A DNA stretch of 64,000 nucleotides from Lama guanicoe (taxonomy: Eukaryota), in contig MU053934.1 of the NCBI GenBank assembly GCA_013239625.1, positions 6,032,399-6,096,398 of the forward strand, written 5' to 3'. The translations under genes and the position numbers were made by a program. Under the pieces are notes generated by a model. It made no database searches, was not told where the DNA came from, and saw only the letters and a list, made by a program, of their open reading frames with translations. This document shows, in pieces, positions 45,839 to 57,600 of this stretch (the first letter of the stretch is position 1; every line of letters begins with the position of its first letter).

Positions 45839-48490
45839 GCCAGGTCTTGGCCGTGGGTGGAGTCCTAGGATCCGGGGACAGGGGTGGGGATAGAAGGCCT
45901 GATAGGAGGGCCAGGGCAGGCCAGGGCTGGGGGTGGGGGGCCCCTCATCACGCAGCCCCTGGCCCCCCCCGGCCCTGTCCATCCTCTCTCCCCCGCCCCC
46001 TCCACCAGTGCATACCCAGGTGCACGAGCTGCAGCCCCACGCGTCCCAGGGTCTTCGTCCTGCGGAAACCCTGGGCAGATCCTCCCACCCTCGGCTCTCC
46101 CAATTGCGGAGGGAGGGGCCCGACTGACCCCTCCAGCTCCAGCCTACAGCTTTAACTTCTGTCTGCTCCTAAAGGGGACACCCAACGCTCAGGGCTGGGA
46201 GCCTGGGGTCCCCACTTGAAGTTGCAGCAGGAGCATCCTTCTCCCCGCCCGCTCTCACCCAACCCACACCTCCTTGAGGGCAGATCAGGACACAGCAGAG
46301 GGCAGGAGGCCCCAGCTAGCTTTAAAATTCAGCCCCAGGATAGGACTGGGGCCATTGTACAGGTCACTTACCCTGTGGGGCCTCAGTTTCCCCTCTGGTT
46401 GGAAGAGTGAGAGGGGCTGAGCTGCATGATTTCTGGAGCCTGAGTGAGGAGCCTGGCTCCCTGGTGAGGCCACCAGCCCAGCTGCTCTCCCCTGTGGGCC
46501 ACTGAATGTAGATTGTAGATCGTCAGAGCCTTCAGAGATGACCCATCCAAGCCCCGGTCTGCAGATAGGAGAACTGAGGAGCGGCCTGTCCGGCATCCCC
46601 AGCCCACGGCATGGTGGAGCTGGGGTGCAGGCTGTGGCCCAGGACTCAGGGCCGGTTACTGGCTGGAGCCTCCAGGCTCTCGTAGGGATGTAACGGTCTC
46701 TGAATCAGTGTGCAGCTGGGTCCCAGGCAGCACCGCTGGGGGACTTGTCGTGTTAGCACCTGCAGAGGGACAGTCCCCTCCTGAGCATGGTCGTAAGGAG
46801 TGCTTCCTCTTGGCTGCTCGAGGAGGTGGTGATGGGCAGGGCACCCAGGGCTCGGGTTCTGCACAGGGACCGGGGACTAGGGGTAGTGGGAGGGTGGGTG
46901 GTCGGGGGATGTGGAGAAAAAGGAGACTTGACCCTGGGCAGCATGGGCCACTCCGGGATCAGACACCACCCCTCTTCTTAGAGACTCAGCAGAGTCCTTT
47001 CCCTTCTCCCTAGACCCAAACCAACAACTATGACCATCCAGCCCAGCCCCTGCCTGATCCCCGGGCCTGCCAGCTGCCTGGGACCCCAGCTGACCCCCAG
47101 CGCCTGCCCCCACCACCAAGCCCTCTCCCATCCCTCTTGTCAGACGTGTCTTCGTGCACCCCCTCCTCTCCATCCCACCCCTGTGGGCAGACCCAGCCTC
47201 CCCTGGTTCCCTAGACATTCCAGAATGCCCCACACCATTGGCACAAGGAGTGGGGACCCCCGGAAGGAATCAAGGACTGAAGCTGGAGTCAGTGTAGGGG
47301 CGGGTGAGACAGAGAGAAAGGAATACCCTTTATTTCTCCTCAAGCAAGAAGTGAGAGCTCTGATAGGAAGACGGGCACCCCAGGCCGCAGAGAACCCTGT
47401 TCCTCTCGCTGCCACTGCCCAACCTTCTCCTGATAAACCGTGGCATGCATCCTTTCTGCTCCCTGCCCCTCCCCCAGCAGGCGGGCAGTGGCGCTGCTGG
47501 AGGGGAGGGGGACCCGAGGTGGGGGCCGTGGCCGTGAACGTTGATGACTCTTGTTTTCCCTGATCCGTGCTGTTGCAGTCTGTCGTCACCAGCCTTGTTT
47601 TTAGTGTGTATATATGTTGCCCCCGTGATGCATATATACACAGGTATTAAATATATCGCTCTATATAATATTATATATGTGTGTGGTATCCAAGGAATCA
47701 CTTCTAGTGAGGGCTAAAGATAAAGATTTGGCCAGAAAATGCAGCCATCCTGGAATAATGAGGAGGATTTTCAGGGCCATCAGGCCCTTTGTGAGGACTG
47801 AGGGACTGGAGCCAGGAGTCTGAGGTGGTGTGGGCAGAAGCGGCCCCTGCCGGGCCCCCATCTGCCTAACAGCTTTCATATCACCCTAACCTAGTGGGGA
47901 GAGAGCGAGAGTGCTCAGGGAAAGAAGGTAGGTGTTTGTCTTCCACCCAAAGGAATAGGATTAGAATCCAGATTTCTCTTCTCCAACGTACAATCCATGC
48001 AGGGGCCCTTGGATCCGGGGCTCCCTGGCCTGGCCAGAGCTGGATCCCCCACAGGGCTGGGGGAGAGGGAAAGGAAGGCTGGTGGGGGACGACACTTTGA
48101 ATGATGAGTATGATTCCTTCAGTTGTGACCCTGACTGGGGAGGCTCAGAGAATTGAGTCGGGCCTGTGCTCCCCACCAACAGGCAGGGATGAGATATCAC
48201 GGTGAATATGGTGAAGGGGGACAGGTGTCCCGATGGAGTGTCCCTTTGGGGTGGAGCAAAGAGAGATGCTGCATTTCTCAGATGGGCAGTAATCAATTTA
48301 ATGGTCCTTTAAAAATGTCTGTGTATTAAAAACTTAAGAATACCACACTTTAATATTAAATATTCATAAGGTCTAGTATCTTGATAATAATGTAGATGTT
48401 TTAATAACAATTTTTGTCCTTCTTAAAATAAAACAAAAGAAACTGGCTTCTTTTAGCCTTTGTTCTAGAAAATAAACGTGTGCACTTTGA
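45839..48490 (+). other. ZC3H7B: ZC3H7B 3' UTR
   Basis: No interspersed repeats recognised from the stop codon to an AU-rich terminal block carrying poly(A) signals; the 3' end is approximate. Confidence 0.8.
48427..48476 (+). terminator. ZC3H7B: Tandem AATAAA polyadenylation signals (48427-48432, 48471-48476)
   Basis: Canonical hexamers at the end of an AU-rich block; ATTAAA variants also at 48325 and 48355. Confidence 0.8.
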
Positions 48491-51400
48491 CCTCTGTCCC
48501 TGAGGTGTCACTCCTGTACCTCCCCGCCTGGCACTTGTGCCCGGGCTGCTCTTTACTCATGAGGCAGTGCTGGTTGGCACCGGGCATGCCATAAGGCAGA
48601 CATTTGGAGGGGTGAGGGGCAGAAGGTCTGTGTCCCTGTGTAAACAGGGCAGCCCAGCTGACCCCAGCGCAGGCAGCGCCTTGGCTGGCAGGGTCGAGCT
48701 GTGCTCTGCACATGTGGCCCCAGTGGCCACCCTCCATTGGCTCTTCCACAGCCTGTCTGCTCGCTGCCCTCCTCGTGGGGAGGTCCAGTGGTACCCACAC
48801 TCCCCTGCTCTTAACCATGTGCACCTGGGTTCCAGAGGGCTGGGTGTGGCTTTTCCAGAAAGGTGAGGGGCTATGACATGCTTTGGAATGTGATCCTGAT
48901 TGCAACCTGGACTCCTGGGCCCAACCTCCTCAGCTTTGAAAGAAGAGAGATTTGAAAAAAAAAAATCTCAAACTGTGTGGTTGCAGGTGATGGAGGGGTC
49001 CTGATGGAAGGGGCTGCACGTGTCCAAGAGCGGGCTCTCACCAGACAACTTCAAACAGTATGGAGTTGCCCCAAGGTCTGCGAAGTCTCTGAGGACAAGG
49101 TATGCAGTCGGGGCTCACCTGCTTGATAAATGGACCAAGTGAGTGAGAGGAGAGCCGCCTTGACTTCTGTGCACTAGGCACTGTGGGCACAGCAGCCTGC
49201 ACGTCAGGTGTCCACATCTCGTGGTCCAGAGAGATTCAGTGAAGGTTCCAAGGACCCTCAGAAAGGAGACAGAAAAGATCAAGAACCACTGGGAACTGGG
49301 TGATCGGCAAGGTCCCTTCAGCACTGACATTCCAGGGTTTTCAGCACCCCTGGCTGCACTGCAAAAAACCAAAGTGGCCTGGCAAGGTCCAGCTCCCAGA
49401 AGAAAACGCAGGCCCGTACTCAGGCCAAAGAGATCATGAACCTGTATCAGGACCTTCTTTGAACTTAGAAAAGCAAAGAATAAGTTCAGCAGGACTTCGA
49501 TGAACCTAGTGGACTAAATTCTTAAATTCCCATCGAGTCCTCTAAATTCTCTTTGAGTCCTCTTTTAGCTCAGGTTGATGACCATTAACTGAGGACCCAC
49601 CCCATCTCAGACCCTGGGGATGTGAGATTGCTGATGAAGTGTGGCCTTCCTTGAATCCACAGTCTGCAGGGGAAGATGGCCCTGCATGGAAGAGTGTAGG
49701 ATGATGTGACAGGCACGGTGGTGGCAGTCACTCCAGGTACCATGGAAAACACCTCATCCAGGCTGGGTGCTGAGGAGGGCTTCCTGGAGGAGGTGAAACT
49801 AGATTTGAGGCTTAAAAAGATTTTTGTATCATTGTAATCAATGTGGACTCACTGTTGTACACCTTTCCTTTTCTCTCAATTATATTTCACATGTGCATCT
49901 CCACACCCCGATGTAACCTAGATATTTACAGTCAGTGGCTGACACGTCATCCTTCAAGGGGCCAGAGCTGGCTTGAGCAGCCCCCAGTTACTGAATGCAG
50001 GCCGGTTTCCGGTCTTCCATCCTGTGAGCAGCACCACGACCATGGTACCCCAGCTCCCCTGGGGAATTTGCTTCTGAGAGGCCGCCTGGGCAGGTGGGGG
50101 GATCTGCAGGCAGAGATGGAGGTGGGGACAGCTCTGCATCTTCTCTAGAGAAAGCTCTAGAGGGCTCTACCAGAAACTGCACCCACTGGTAGCCCCCACC
50201 AGGGACATCAGGCATCGGGCCCCTCCTGACATCGCTAGGCTGTGTGTGGCCTCCCCTCTCCCTAATTCGGCCCTCCCCAGCCACTTGAGCCAGTATCCTG
50301 CTGATGTGGCCCCTGTGCGAACCATTGGTGATGCTGCCAGCTGGACACTCTGGGTGCAGCATAGGGGTGCCACGTGGACTGCCTTTCAGTAGCATGAAAA
50401 TTCCCTAAGGGTAGGGACTTGCCTGGCCAGGTTTGTTATTTAGCTTTGAATTCCTCACAAGGCCTAGGCTGGTGCCGGTTGTGCAGAAAGCTGTCAGTCA
50501 CAGTCTCAGAGGCTCAGGACACTGAAAGGGGTCTGACAGGAAAGAATCTCAGAATGAGGTGTCATGCAGCAGGCAGTATATTTGAGACATGTAGGGGACT
50601 TCCTGTTGCCTCTGAAATCCTGCTCTGTGAGCACCTACCCACTCCTTGAGGTGAGCGGTCTCATACACAAAAGCGTTCCTGGGCTGAGGAATAGTTAACA
50701 TGCCGGCCCAGCCTCAGTCTGCCCCAGCCTGTGAGTCACAGGCCAACCTGAGGCAGCCACACCAGGTCCACTGCATCCTCACCCCTGGGGTCACAGAGGC
50801 AAAGGGCACCGGAAGAATAAACTAGGAATTAAATCTGTTACAAGGAAGGGGAAAGGGGAGGAAGTTCAGGAGTAGAAATGACATTTCTAAAGTACACCTG
50901 GTATTTTTTGTACTCAAAATTAATTTTTTAATTAATTTAGGGAAAGAACATGGTTTGGGAGGGCTATTCAGGAGAAAAAGAGGGCAACTGGATTATAAGC
51001 TAAGGACTGTTGGGAAGGAGAGAGGCTCGAAGAGGACCTGGAGTATTTTTGATTCTGTGCAAAATGGAATTTTGGAAAGCAGAGAAGCATAGAAATCAGC
51101 TACGATGCAGGGAACCAAATGCTAATTGCATCCAACCTGGAGCATTAGAGACATAGAACCAGAGCTGAAAGGACCTTGGAGGTCACGACATTCAGTGGTG
51201 TTGGAACTGAGACCCAGAAAAGCTGCACAGCTTACTCAAGACGCCACATCTGTGTGCGGAGAGGCAGAGCCTGACACCCTAGCCAAGTCTGGCGTTGGCC
51301 TTCATGGAGGGTGACACACAGAAGTTCGGCTTCAACCAACTTGAAAGAGTAAGAGGCCTAAGGACCACAGAGGCCAATGTCCTGGTGAGAGGGCCAGGGA

Positions 51401-51659
51401 GGGGACTACAGCAAACAGCCAATTGCCACCAAGGTCCCTGGGCTGGGGGACAGGCTGGGAAGCAGGACATCATCCAGGGCACGCCTGAGCTGGGCTTGCA
51501 GAGCTGCCCCCTTTCAGCGGCTCCAGCTCTGCCTGCCCTCCAGCACCTGACTGCCAGGCCCCTGCCCCTTCTCCCCTTCCTGGAAGACCAAAGGAACCGC
51601 AGGCTGCAGGTTTTGTCACTCCCCTTAGAAGAGCAGGCTTCAGGCTCTGCAGATGGTGT

Positions 51660-52282
51660 AAAGCCCCAATTACGCATGCCACATGCACACCGTGTGCCTC
51701 GCAGGGCACGTGTACACGGCATATAGACATCACAACAAAACATGCCATCAACCCCTCGAGACTCACGAGCCCGCAGGTAAGTGCGTGACGCCCACTCGTG
51801 TGCCTGTACGTGCCAGCACAGTACGGCCTTTGTGCTGAGCTGCCTGGTGCGGGGTCTGGGCTCCCGGCCCCGGCTGGTTACCATGGCGGCCTTTAGTGGG
51901 CCTCAGTGTGTGGGTGTGGAGGCAGCTCACCGTTCTTACCTGGCAGGCCCGGTCATGGCTCCCAGCCTGGGGGAGAACTTCCCTTTGCAAAGTTAGATAA
52001 CACTGGGCTCTCTGTCAGGGGATTGGCGCGGTGGCTCCACGTGCTGCGGCTGGCGCAGGGCCAGGCCCGCCCTGCCAGGCAGCGGGAAGGGAAGGCCTGG
52101 CTGCAGCCGGAGCTGGCAGGTGGCCGAGCCGGGGGTGGACGGGCGGGCCGGGGCCCGTGCTGCCCATTGGCTGCCTTGGGCTCCCGCCCCACCTGCCTCC
52201 AGAGCCTGTGGCTCCCTCCCCAGCCAGCTCCTGCCTCTCCAGCTGCTCCTAAACTCCCCCAGCAATCACCTCCTGCCGGGCC
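51660..52282 (+). promoter_or_regulatory. TEF: GC/CpG-rich distal TEF promoter and 5' UTR with E-boxes (51707, 52038), inverted CCAAT (52022, 52166), GC box (52141) and an RFX-like X-box (51877-51890)
   Basis: Motifs read directly; CpG enrichment immediately upstream of the TEF alternative exon. Confidence 0.7.
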
Positions 52283-52385
52283 ATGTCAAGCTGTGACCGG
52301 ATCGGAGTGGCCCCTGCCATGGACATGCCTGAGGTCCTCAAGTCCCTGCTGGAGCACTCCCTGCCTTGGCCAGAGAAGAGGACAG
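52283..52385 (+). CDS. TEF: TEF alternative (distal) first coding exon MSSCDRIGVAPAMDMPEVLKSLLEHSLPWPEKRT
   Basis: Matches the recalled N-terminus of the alternative TEF isoform (MDMPEVLKSLLEHSLPW); phase-1 donor ACAG|gtagga; the rest of TEF is beyond the window. Confidence 0.9.
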
Positions 52386-54400
52386 GTAGGATCAGAGGTG
52401 GCCTGCTTTGGCTGGCTACCCAGGTACCCAAGGGGTGAGGGCCACCCCAGGCACAGTGGCAGGACAGGCATCTCCAAGCTGGGGAGGGTCCCCAGCAGGG
52501 GTCCACCCCTGTCCTCTTCCTGGGCAGGAGGAAAGGTGGGGGTGCAGAGAGTGACACGGTGCAGAGTGCCGCTGCCACTTGGGGACTGCCCCCTGGGCTG
52601 GCTAGCTTTGGGAAGCCGTGGCCAGTGTGTGGCCACTGACAGATGCTGAGCTCACGTGGGACAAGGACGGGACCAGAGGGCCCTGCTGAGAGAACACATG
52701 GGATGCAGACTGCTTATTAAGTTCTCTGTATGTTGGGGTGGCAGAGGACTGGCAGAGCCCAAAGATCTGGGCAGCCTCCTGTGTCTGGAGAAGAGGCTTT
52801 CCTTTCTATGCTGGCTTCAGCTCCCGCTCGCTCACGGGAGGGCTGAACCCATGGATGGGATAGAAGCTGTTATGTAACAGGACCACAGGCTTGAAGCCCT
52901 GGTTCCTAGGATACCACAGGCAAACACAGGGCGAGGGAGCCATGGAGGAGGGTGTGGACCGAGGGGCAGAGCCAGCAGCCAGCACCAGGTGTCTCCTGAA
53001 TCCTGCCTGAGAACCCAGGGCCACAGTGAACTTTGGGTGCCAGCCTGCTCAGGGTGCACCCACCTGATAAATATTTCTGCAAATCTCTTCTGCTTTAAGA
53101 CAGCAGGGGCTCACACCCAGGCCCTCCTTGCTCAAACTCTGCAGGCGCCTTTAAAGGAGCCCAGCTGTCCTTTGCTGCCAGAGTCTGATTTAGGGGTCCC
53201 AGGTGCCCCCTCAAGGGACCTTTGTCAGGCCTCTCCCTCATCCTGATGTGCTGGCTTCTGAGATATCTCATTCCTGGTAGCCCTGGCTGTCCCCGCAGGA
53301 CTTCCTTCCACAGGACTCTTAGCCCACTCCCAAACTCTGGAGCCTGGGGACAGACACCATGGCCCCCTGACCTAACACAACCTTTGGAGAGCTGGACTCA
53401 GGAAGAAAAGGGGCTGGAGGTTCTGTTGTTTGTGGAGACCGCCCACAGAAGGAAGACTGTTCCCAGAGCTCAGGGGGACGCTGTCCCTGTGGGCAGTCTG
53501 GGCCACCCTCAGAGGCAGGCATTGTAGAAGGATTTCCTGCGCCCTCCTGCTGCTCATGAGGAGAAGCCCATCTCCTCAGGAAACTCTCAGCTCAGCCTGG
53601 CTGATGGGCCACAGCTGACTTTCGTTTGCTCTGTCTGAACATGCCATGTGGGTGTGTGAGGCTGGAAGTCCTTCCAAAAGCTAGAGGTAGAGGGCTCCCT
53701 TCTCGGTCGGTCCAGGCACCCAGGGAGGGTAGGGTGGCCCACGTGGCCCAGCGCAGGCACAGGGAGCAGCTGGGCTGCCAGCAGGTCCACAGGGACAGCT
53801 CCCAGCAGGGCAGGGAAGGGTTCTTGGAAGCAACTCAGGGCCCTGCTCCTCAGCCCAGGGTAACAAGGCCTTTGAAGTGTGGCAACAGCCGTTGGCCTCT
53901 GGCTCCCAGCTGGTCCCCAGAGCCCTGCGACAGCTGGAAAGTCCCCATTGTTCACTGTGGATGGCAAAGTTGGGGCCCAGCACTGAGGGGACTCACCCAG
54001 TGTCTCAGGCAGAGCTTTGCTAAGAGCTGGGAAACGGACTGAAGACAGCTGGTCTGGTACAGCTAGGCTGGCCTAAGGGGAATGGACCAGAGTCTCAGGC
54101 CACCTCCTTTCACTTCTCTACGTGGTGTCTCACTGAGGGTCAGAAGCATGAGGCCCCATGGGACTGACAGATGCCAATGGGTGGAAAAATGAGGGGATGA
54201 GGGTTGAAGAGTCAAGGGGGTAGGTGCACCCCGCAAAGACCTCTCATTACTGCCCCAATTTGCCATCATCACTTTCTAAAGCTCCCAGATTCTCCAAATC
54301 TTTCACAAAAATGGATGTACCACCTGAAAAGCAATATGCCTTGGGGAAGAGAGTACACACTCCATCAGAACTAGAATTTCCAGCAGGCTCGTGGCAAGTA

Positions 54401-54615
54401 CAGTTGACCGTTGGACAACACAGGAGTTAGGGGCGCAGAACCCCATGTAGTCAAAAATACGCCTCTGACTTTACAGTCACCTTCCTGGATCCCCGGTGCC
54501 ACATCCTCAGCTTCAACCAGCCGCAGATGGGGTAGTACTGAACGTATTTAGTGAAAAAATCTGCATATTAAGCGGACCTGCGCAGTTCAAACCTGTGTTA
54601 TTCAAGGGTCAACTG
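54401..54615. mobile_element. Tigger2-derived MITE (Tigger2a_Art-like), 215 bp
   Basis: TIRs CAGTTGACCGTTGGACAACACAGG / CCTGTGTTATTCAAGGGTCAACTG flanked by TA target duplications. Confidence 0.88.
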
Positions 54616-57600
54616 TAGTTTACAAGTTCTTTGCAAAGCAGCTTCTCTCCCTGTGTTCCACACCCTGGCTTCGGCCCTCCCAAGAGGAGGACAACAGAGG
54701 TGCCGAGCTAGGTCTCAGCACGCCCTGGGGCTGCCCCTCAGCACTGCTCATCGTCCTCTTTGGTGTGAGGGGCATGGCTTTCTCTGTGGGCGCCGGAGAC
54801 CTGTTTACAGACTCCCCACTCTCCCAGCCTCATTCTCGGCCACCCATTGGACCAGCTTTCCGTTGTGGGCAGTGAAATCGATGTCCAGCGGGAGAGTGGG
54901 TCTGTGTCCCAAGCTCTGACTCAGTTTCCCCTCTGTCTCTGGACTCTGATCCCTGAGAACTATTCTTCCTGTTTCCATGCCTGCCCTCTCTCCTGAGGAC
55001 CCTCTTCCAAGAGGCAATTCTGTTCCAGACTACTCACTCTCTCTTTCTTCTCCAGCTTCTGGAAAGACCCTGCTTCTCTAAACAGTACTGTTAGCTCCTT
55101 ACACTCTGTCCTTCCCTCACTCTGGGGGATCTTGGCTATGCTCAGAGGCCAGCTCCTCATCTTTCTGCCAACTTTGGTCATTCAGGTCTCCTTTTCAGGG
55201 AACCATGTAGCATGAAAGCACACCAGAGGTTGAATAAGGCCCCCACTTTGAGCTGGGCAGGCAGGGTCCCCACCTCGGGTACCCCACCAGCAGGGTACCC
55301 TTGACATGCCTCTCTCCATCCCCAATCTCTGAAAAGGTAAAAAGAACATTTACTTCACAGACTGGATGCCAGGACCCAATGGGCTATCCTATGTGAAAGT
55401 GTTTGCAAACTGGGAAGTGCTATGCTGTTCTCTGTGAAAGGCAAAGAGCAGCTAGGCCTGGAGTTATGCTCCTTCCATGGACATCACATTTTCAGTCTGA
55501 CCCTCACTCCCTTCTTTCCACCCTCCTTCCCACGTATATTCTCCTTGAAAGAAGTGGATGGTGCCAGTTTGTGGGAGCACACACAGGGCTGTCTTCTTGG
55601 AAACATGTGCTGAGCCTCCTAGGGGCAGGGTGCCATCAGCACCGTACCAAACAGGACACAGGCCAGATCTCAGTGGGACTGGCTGGGCAGAGGCCAGGGT
55701 CTGGGTATCCTCCTCTTAGGGGGCTGAAGTGAACGGGCAAGAGGAAGGACTCAGAGCTGCCTGGGCTGTCCTGGGCCAGGCCTCAGTAAAGGTCCATGTA
55801 GTTACCCCTACCCGGAGCCTGAGGGAACCAGAGCAAACCTGAGAAATCCTGAAGTTGGCTTTCAGGGAAGAAGAGGGGAGGAGCCTCTATGTCCTCATGC
55901 GTAGGCTCTAATCCTCACTACCACCTCCCAAGTGGTGAGGAAATGCACCCACAGAAACGGGCTACCCTTGGGGCCAGTATGCGGTCAGCCTCTTCTTCAC
56001 TCCCACCTCCGGGGGTCGGCCTTCCTCTCTACCTGCCCCCCCACCCTTTCCCAACCACCACTCAGAGAAGCGTGAGAAATCCATTCTCACTGTTTGATTT
56101 TTGTTGTTGTTTGAGGGGTATCAGGTGTGTTCTGGGATCTATGCTAAGTGCTTTTACATCACCAGCTGTGAAATGGCTCTGCAAGGAGGTATCTGTTCTT
56201 CAGATGAGGACAATGATGCTCAGAGATGGGAAGGCCGCACAGTTGTCGAGGGGCTCCAACCCAGCTCCATCCCACCCACAGGACCCCCTCACCCCCACCC
56301 CTGGTCTCTGGGTAGGACCTCTCCAGTCATGCAAACATTCATCACATTGAGTGCTTGCTCCACTTGTGGTGCAGCGGTGAGCAAGCGAGACAAACACTGC
56401 CCAGCTTGCCTGCTGTTTGCATTCCAGTGGGGAGAGACGGACTATCAGCTACCGGGAGGGTTGGGGCCAGCCCCTCCCAGTGGGTGACATCTGAGCCGAG
56501 GCCTGGAGATTCAGGAAGAGTCAGCTACACCAAGAACTTTCAGGCTGAGGGAACAACACCTGCAAAGGTCCTGTCTTGGGGCAGAGAAGACACATGTCTG
56601 AGGAATAAAAGGCCACTGTGGCTGCAGGAGGTGAATAAGTGGGAGAGAAGGAAGAGGTGAGGTTGGAGAGATCCATAAGGGGGTGAGCCTGTATGGCCTT
56701 GAAGGTCACAAAGAGTAAGGCTGTCAGCTTCCTGCCTGCAAGGTCCACCCACCCCCACTATTCTTGGGGAAGTGGCAGGTTGGGAGGAATGGGGTGTTCC
56801 CAGTACAACCCAATAGGGAACTGTAGGAAAAGAGAACCTCAGTTGAGCACTTGCTATGCTCTAAGTGCTGTTCTCAGCAGTGTGCCTGAATTGACTCCTT
56901 TACTCAGGCTCAGAGAGGTTAAGTAGTAACTTGCCCAAGGTCACAAAAGAATTAGTCAAAGCAGGATTCAGACCTAGATGTTCCAGGTCCAGACACACCC
57001 TACACTGCACCAACATGGCTTCCACTGGAGGACCCTTAGCTGTCGGGAAGTGGCTGTTGAGACGCAGCAGAGGCTGGAGGTGAAGGCTTTTCTCTGGAAT
57101 TGGCACTCTTGGGGCTGCTCCCCATCCCTAATCCTTACCCGAGGAGTGGACAAAACACAATCCAAACGGGAAACTAGTACTCTTGAGAGTACTGAAGAGA
57201 TGGGCAAGCCTCCAACCACCGCTTCGCCCCTAGAACACACTGAGACCAAGGTAGAAACCACAGCCCAGAACTATGCAGCCACAGGTACGTGGGCTCAAAA
57301 GGAGGCGGCTGTTGGCAAGGCCGGGTGGGGGACTTGCCATAAGGATGGCTCACGCTCGTTATTCCAGGTTTGATGGTGATTCAAACACAATGACCGTTAC
57401 TTAATGTTAATCACGTTCCAAATGTATATGACTTGGCTCAGAAAGGTTTTGTTAACCCTCCTACTAATACCAGCAACAAAGTGAGCCAACAAATATTTAC
57501 TGAGTTACTACCCTGAACAAAGCTTGGTGCTCTCCTGCATTTGGTATCATGAAACACACAGATAACTGAGCTCTGTCAGATCTCAGTAGAAGCCTTCTCA

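Noticed and set aside
51906..52649. 247-aa + strand ORF across the TEF promoter
   Set aside because: Different frame from the recognisable TEF peptide; an artefact of GC-rich promoter sequence
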